Below, piece after piece: positions 60,051-64,000 of a stretch of DNA of 64,000 bases (its first letter is position 1; every line of letters begins with the position of its first letter). The stretch lies in NCBI GenBank assembly GCA_965644295.1, contig CBFFRP010000276.1, forward strand, positions 87,185-151,184, given 5' to 3'. Both the position numbers and the translations under genes were made by a program. The notes beneath the pieces were generated by a model. The model had not been told where the DNA came from, made no database searches, and worked only from the letters and a program-made list of their open reading frames with translations. Source of the DNA: Paraphysomonas bandaiensis. Taxonomy: Eukaryota > Protista > Chrysophyceae.

Positions 60051-60681
60051 ATATATATTCTGTATATATATATTCAGTGAACACTTCACCCAATTCTGCC
60101 ATTTTATGGCTGATGTTACTTATGACCATGAGTTGTATATACTGTATAGTTACATGTATGTCATTATACATATATATGATATTATTATGATGAAGAAACC
60201 TAAGGTTGAAGGCAAGACTCTCCTGGAACCTATCCTGTTGGTAGATTGCTAGTTTTCATTATTTATATATATCTGTTATCTCTTTGTCTGTTTCTGCTAT
60301 ATATATTCATATATATTATATCAATACTGAGCCCATCATATCATTGTCATAATATTATTCAGTAGATCTTGATTCATGTAGGGTCAATTATAATCATTCT
60401 ATCATTTCGAGCATGTAATGTGTACAAAAGTTGACGTGATGATCAAACCTTGGGAAGCGGTCTAAACCTGATTAAATTTTAAAAATGTCGATTTAAGTTG
60501 TGTTTTGATGTGTTTTGCAATAATTGATGTAGTAGGTGTAAAGAGAACATGTTTTTACAGACATTTAGTAAATTTTATATTAGTTACAGGTCCAAAAAGT
60601 GAGAATGTAACGGTTACATTTATATATAGTACATGCATACTATAGCACTATATATATATTTCAAAGAGCTATAATCTATAT

Positions 60682-61243
60682 TTACAAACAATAATAAACT
60701 GAACTTCTGGTACGCTTACCAGTAATAGAAGCAGAATCAACTGCACCTGCGTCTACCCACTCCTTTTTTAGTGGGTTCCTGGATATAACTCCACCTCGGA
60801 ATATTGTCTGTGGGTGTAGAACCATCACAGTTCCGGACGACAACTCGTGGAGGTATCTTCCTTGCGCCGGAAGATTTGTTTTCGTTGTGTAGAACGCAAG
60901 CCGTTGCCTAAAGTACCCTCCTAATTCCATCTGCATGGGATCCATATATAGCCCTCCGCGTACTCCTCTATGTCTGCATTCCACTTCAAAAACGAACACT
61001 CCAGTCCCACTGAATAGGACATCTCTTTTAGTGGAATAAATATTCCACCGATTTCGGCACTATTACTCTGGGGAGAAATCTTCAACCACTCATTCCATTC
61101 CTCGGCCACCTTCGGCTTATGCGTTGAATATTGCTCTATCATTTTCTTGCAGAGAGCTGAAGTTAACTCAAAAGGTCCAGCTATGAAGGGAGCTGGGGAA
61201 AAGTCACCGCATGGTAGCTTCTTCAAGAAGTTCAAGGGCTTCT
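60682..61243 (-). pseudogene. Frameshifted ORF remnant of unknown origin, cut by the LINE insertion
   Basis: Two overlapping ~105-aa ORFs with coding-like composition run up to the LINE 3' end. Confidence 0.3.
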
Positions 61244-61244
61244 T

Positions 61245-64000
61245 ATATATGAAAGTCTGATTATTACATGAGTACGGTTGCGTACAGAAACTAGTTTATG
61301 TCTATAGACTAGCTAATAACTAGATTTGCTATATACTACTAGTGGCGGGCAACCGTCTCGGGACTGCTTGTGCATCGCTGCGAGCACCATGGTGCAACCG
61401 TCCCTTGTAGTGAGGTTAGTCGGGGGGTCTACCTTTGGGCAATGTGTCTGGCGGACCTGTGCCATGGATTATGTGGGGGGTGGGTGAGGCGAGTTGTATA
61501 TGAGAGTGCAAGTCGGTGGTGGAGATGGTGCTGGTTGTTGAGGTGGGGTTTCGGCTACAAGTAAGGAGAAGTTGTTTCCGGAGTGGTTGCGCTTGCCTCT
61601 GTCGGGTCTGGGCTCTTGCAGAGAGTGTAGTTCGTGGGGTGGATGTCGCCTGGAGTAGCTGGAGTACTTTTGGTGTCGGGTGGGTATCCTGGGGCTGGCG
61701 GGGCTTTGCGTGTGTCGGGACCGGTGTCGCCGGTGCCGTGTCTACGTTGTGGTGTCTGTGTCCCCTATTGCGAAGCATGCGGAGCCCTCCATCATATAGG
61801 GGGAGTAGGATAGAGGCGATGGATTTTTCTAGGGCGTGGAATTGATGTTCGAGCAGTGAGCTGGATATGTGGCGTCCGAAAGCGTCGGCCATTTGTGTGG
61901 CAGTAATGTGGCCGGTCCAGTAGCGCTCAACCTGGGGGGTGGCTGGGTTCCATGCGGCTTTGGCTAGTTTGGTTATGGCGGTGTAAAACCAGGGATGGGG
62001 GAGCGTGCGCGTGCGAAGTTTGTCAAGCTTATTGTGGTGTGCTTGGTGGACATCTTCACGTATGTGAATGATGTCAGGGTGAGTGCAGGTGAGAAGCATG
62101 TGTGCCATGTTGTCTGTGGGGTGTGCACAGTCTGCGCATGTGGAAGCCGTTGTGCGATCGTGTCCGGATTTTCCTTTGGCTCGGTTTCTACCCATTGCAA
62201 AGGATTTGTCCCATACGTATGCCGTCTCGCGTATACGCTCTGCGAGGGGGATGTAGTGTTTGGAGGAGTTATGGGTACGGAGGGGATGGAGCTTGTGTGG
62301 GAGCCTTGTTCCGCTGCGTGTCCAATACTGCGGGTCTCGTTGCGTTTGTGCAGCATACATGCTATCTCGTCGGAGGGTGTATTGATGGAGGTCCCACTGG
62401 TGGTGGAGATCTGTAACGTCTCCTAGCATAGGACCGAGGTCTGTGAGGAGGTGTGTATCGTATCTACGCCAGTGCCATTGACCCGTGGTGAAGAATTCTT
62501 CCAGTATGTGCGTAGCGTCTGTTGTGACAACACTGTAGTTGGAGGCTCCGAGCACTTTGTCTAGTGTCTTCCAGTCGCCGCTGGCGGCGGCGTCAGCTAT
62601 ATAAATGCCGTGGTCAGTGTAGGTCCAGTTGCTTTGATCTTGTGTTCTACGTTCGGGGTGCGAACGCGTCCATTGTATTGGGCGCTGTTTAAGAGCTGTG
62701 GTGGCGAGGCATTCGTAAAATATTCCCTGGGGCTTTGTTCCGAGGGCGCGCCGTCTGTGTGAGAGGGCCTCTTTGGTCCGCGTCTGTACCGCCTGGCAGT
62801 CAGTCCAGATTGGCACGGAAGAGTGGAGTACATTGGAGAATGTCAGTGCTGCTGACATTGCAAGGGTTTCGTAGGTGTATGCGTTGAGGCCAGGCGCTGT
62901 GTACTGTGGTGCCGTAAGTTGTAGGATTTTGGTTTGTCTGTGACCCCAGGTGTTCTTGGGCGGGAGCCATACAATTGCAGCTCCTCCGTCGTGAGAATTG
63001 GGCTGTGTGTGGGTGTTGCCGAGTAGGTGAGCAGGGGTGAGGTGTGTGCGTGTGAAGGATCCATCCGTGAAGATGGCTTTGTAAGCATATTTGTGATCAT
63101 TGTACAGTTGTAGCTGTGATTGGACTTTGTCAATGGTAGCTCGGAATTGTGGCGTAGCTGGGGAGGGAGGTTGTATTCTGATGCCTAGTTGTTGCCCCCA
63201 TTGTACCAGACTGGTGATGTACGTGTCAACGTCCTGGGGGGTGCTCGTAGCGTTGCAAGAGCGATATGGCCGCACTCTTGGGCTGTCCTCCGAGTGTGAG
63301 AGCTCGTTGAAGAGTATGCCATTTCTGAGTCTGGGCGTGGGTTGAAAATTTGCGCAGTCCAAGCCCTTTGTATTTCGGGGGAAGGTAGATAAGATCCGTG
63401 GGATATCCAGGGGGAAGACGGAGTATTTTCCTAGCGGCCTGCGCGAGTAGTTTGTCTATGGCGATGTATTTAGCGTATGTCCAGGATGCTTTGGTGGCCT
63501 TGTATAGTAGGGTCGGGAGTATTTGTGTGTTGAGGACGAGTAGCTTGCAGTCAGGTGTCGCGCATTTGGATCGTAGAACTGCCGTGGATGTGGCTATGTA
63601 GGTGGTGCACCAGCTGTGGGAGTCGGTGTCCTTTACTGAGAATGGAAGTTGTACGCCGAGATACTTGGTGGAATTGGTGGTTGTTCGGATGGGGATGGGG
63701 TGTGGGCACCAGTTCCAGTCTCTTATGATGATGTGTGGGTTTGATTCTAACATGGCCGTCACCGCAAATGGGGCTCCCAGGGCAATGCATTCAGTTTTGG
63801 GGATGTTTAGTTGCATTCCGGAGAAGGCGCAGAAGGATGAGAGTTTGTCGGCCTTGAGCTGAGTGGCCTCAATGGAAGTTGTGATTTGGGAGAGGTCATC
63901 TGCGTACGCCTCATCTTGGCTATCATCATGTAGGTCAGACCAGCATAGGATCATGTCAAAGATGACGATCCATGCAACTGTGGATTCAGTTCCACCTTGT
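61245..64000 (-). mobile_element. Non-LTR retrotransposon (LINE family A) with RT, RNase H and CCHC finger; runs off the window
   Basis: AYADDL, KYLGV, GLGL (RT); AIFTDGS, YETLA, WTDCQ, WTRSH, ADAAA (RNase H); CADC..HMLLTC; 3' UTR matches 28440-28616. Confidence 0.92.
61416..64000 (-). CDS. LINE ORF2 (partial) with one frameshift near 63240
   Basis: ORFs 63226-63954 and 61416-63362 join if one C is removed from a C6 run (G6 on the + strand, 63236-63241). Confidence 0.8.

Noticed and set aside
63226-63250. Programmed frameshift between LINE RT and RNase H
   Set aside because: The break falls in a C6 homopolymer; a 1-nt indel (mutation or sequencing error) is the simpler explanation

Overview
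Eukaryotic, intron-containing, AT-rich genomic window. It is probably from a stramenopile or ochrophyte such as a chrysophyte; this is inferred from gene style, the PT-repeat/REJ giant protein and the TE types. The left half holds host genes: a 14-exon gene that, by manual splicing, fuses an EEF1AKMT4/METTL13-type methyltransferase to a SKICH-like domain and a UBE3D/Ipa1 (HECT_2) domain; a THUMP methyltransferase; TMEM185-like, PIG-L, PAT1, Myb-repeat and FAD-monooxygenase genes; and TMEM35/DoxX and EamA membrane proteins. The middle is a cluster of repeat-array genes: an F-box-like CPW-ankyrin protein, three C2H2 zinc-finger paralogs (one with 29 fingers and a CaaX end), and a single-exon 3998-aa PT-repeat/REJ membrane protein. 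The right end has a very young Copia element (identical TA..CA LTRs, one in-frame stop between integrase and RT), hAT remnants and an RNase H-bearing LINE. Two non-coding signals stand out. One is a covarying structured RNA motif, paired with a PKGRPPD C-terminus, shared by poly(A)-less LINE 3' ends. The other is a ~135-bp repeat found four times in upstream regions, with near-fixed orientation and spacing to start codons.
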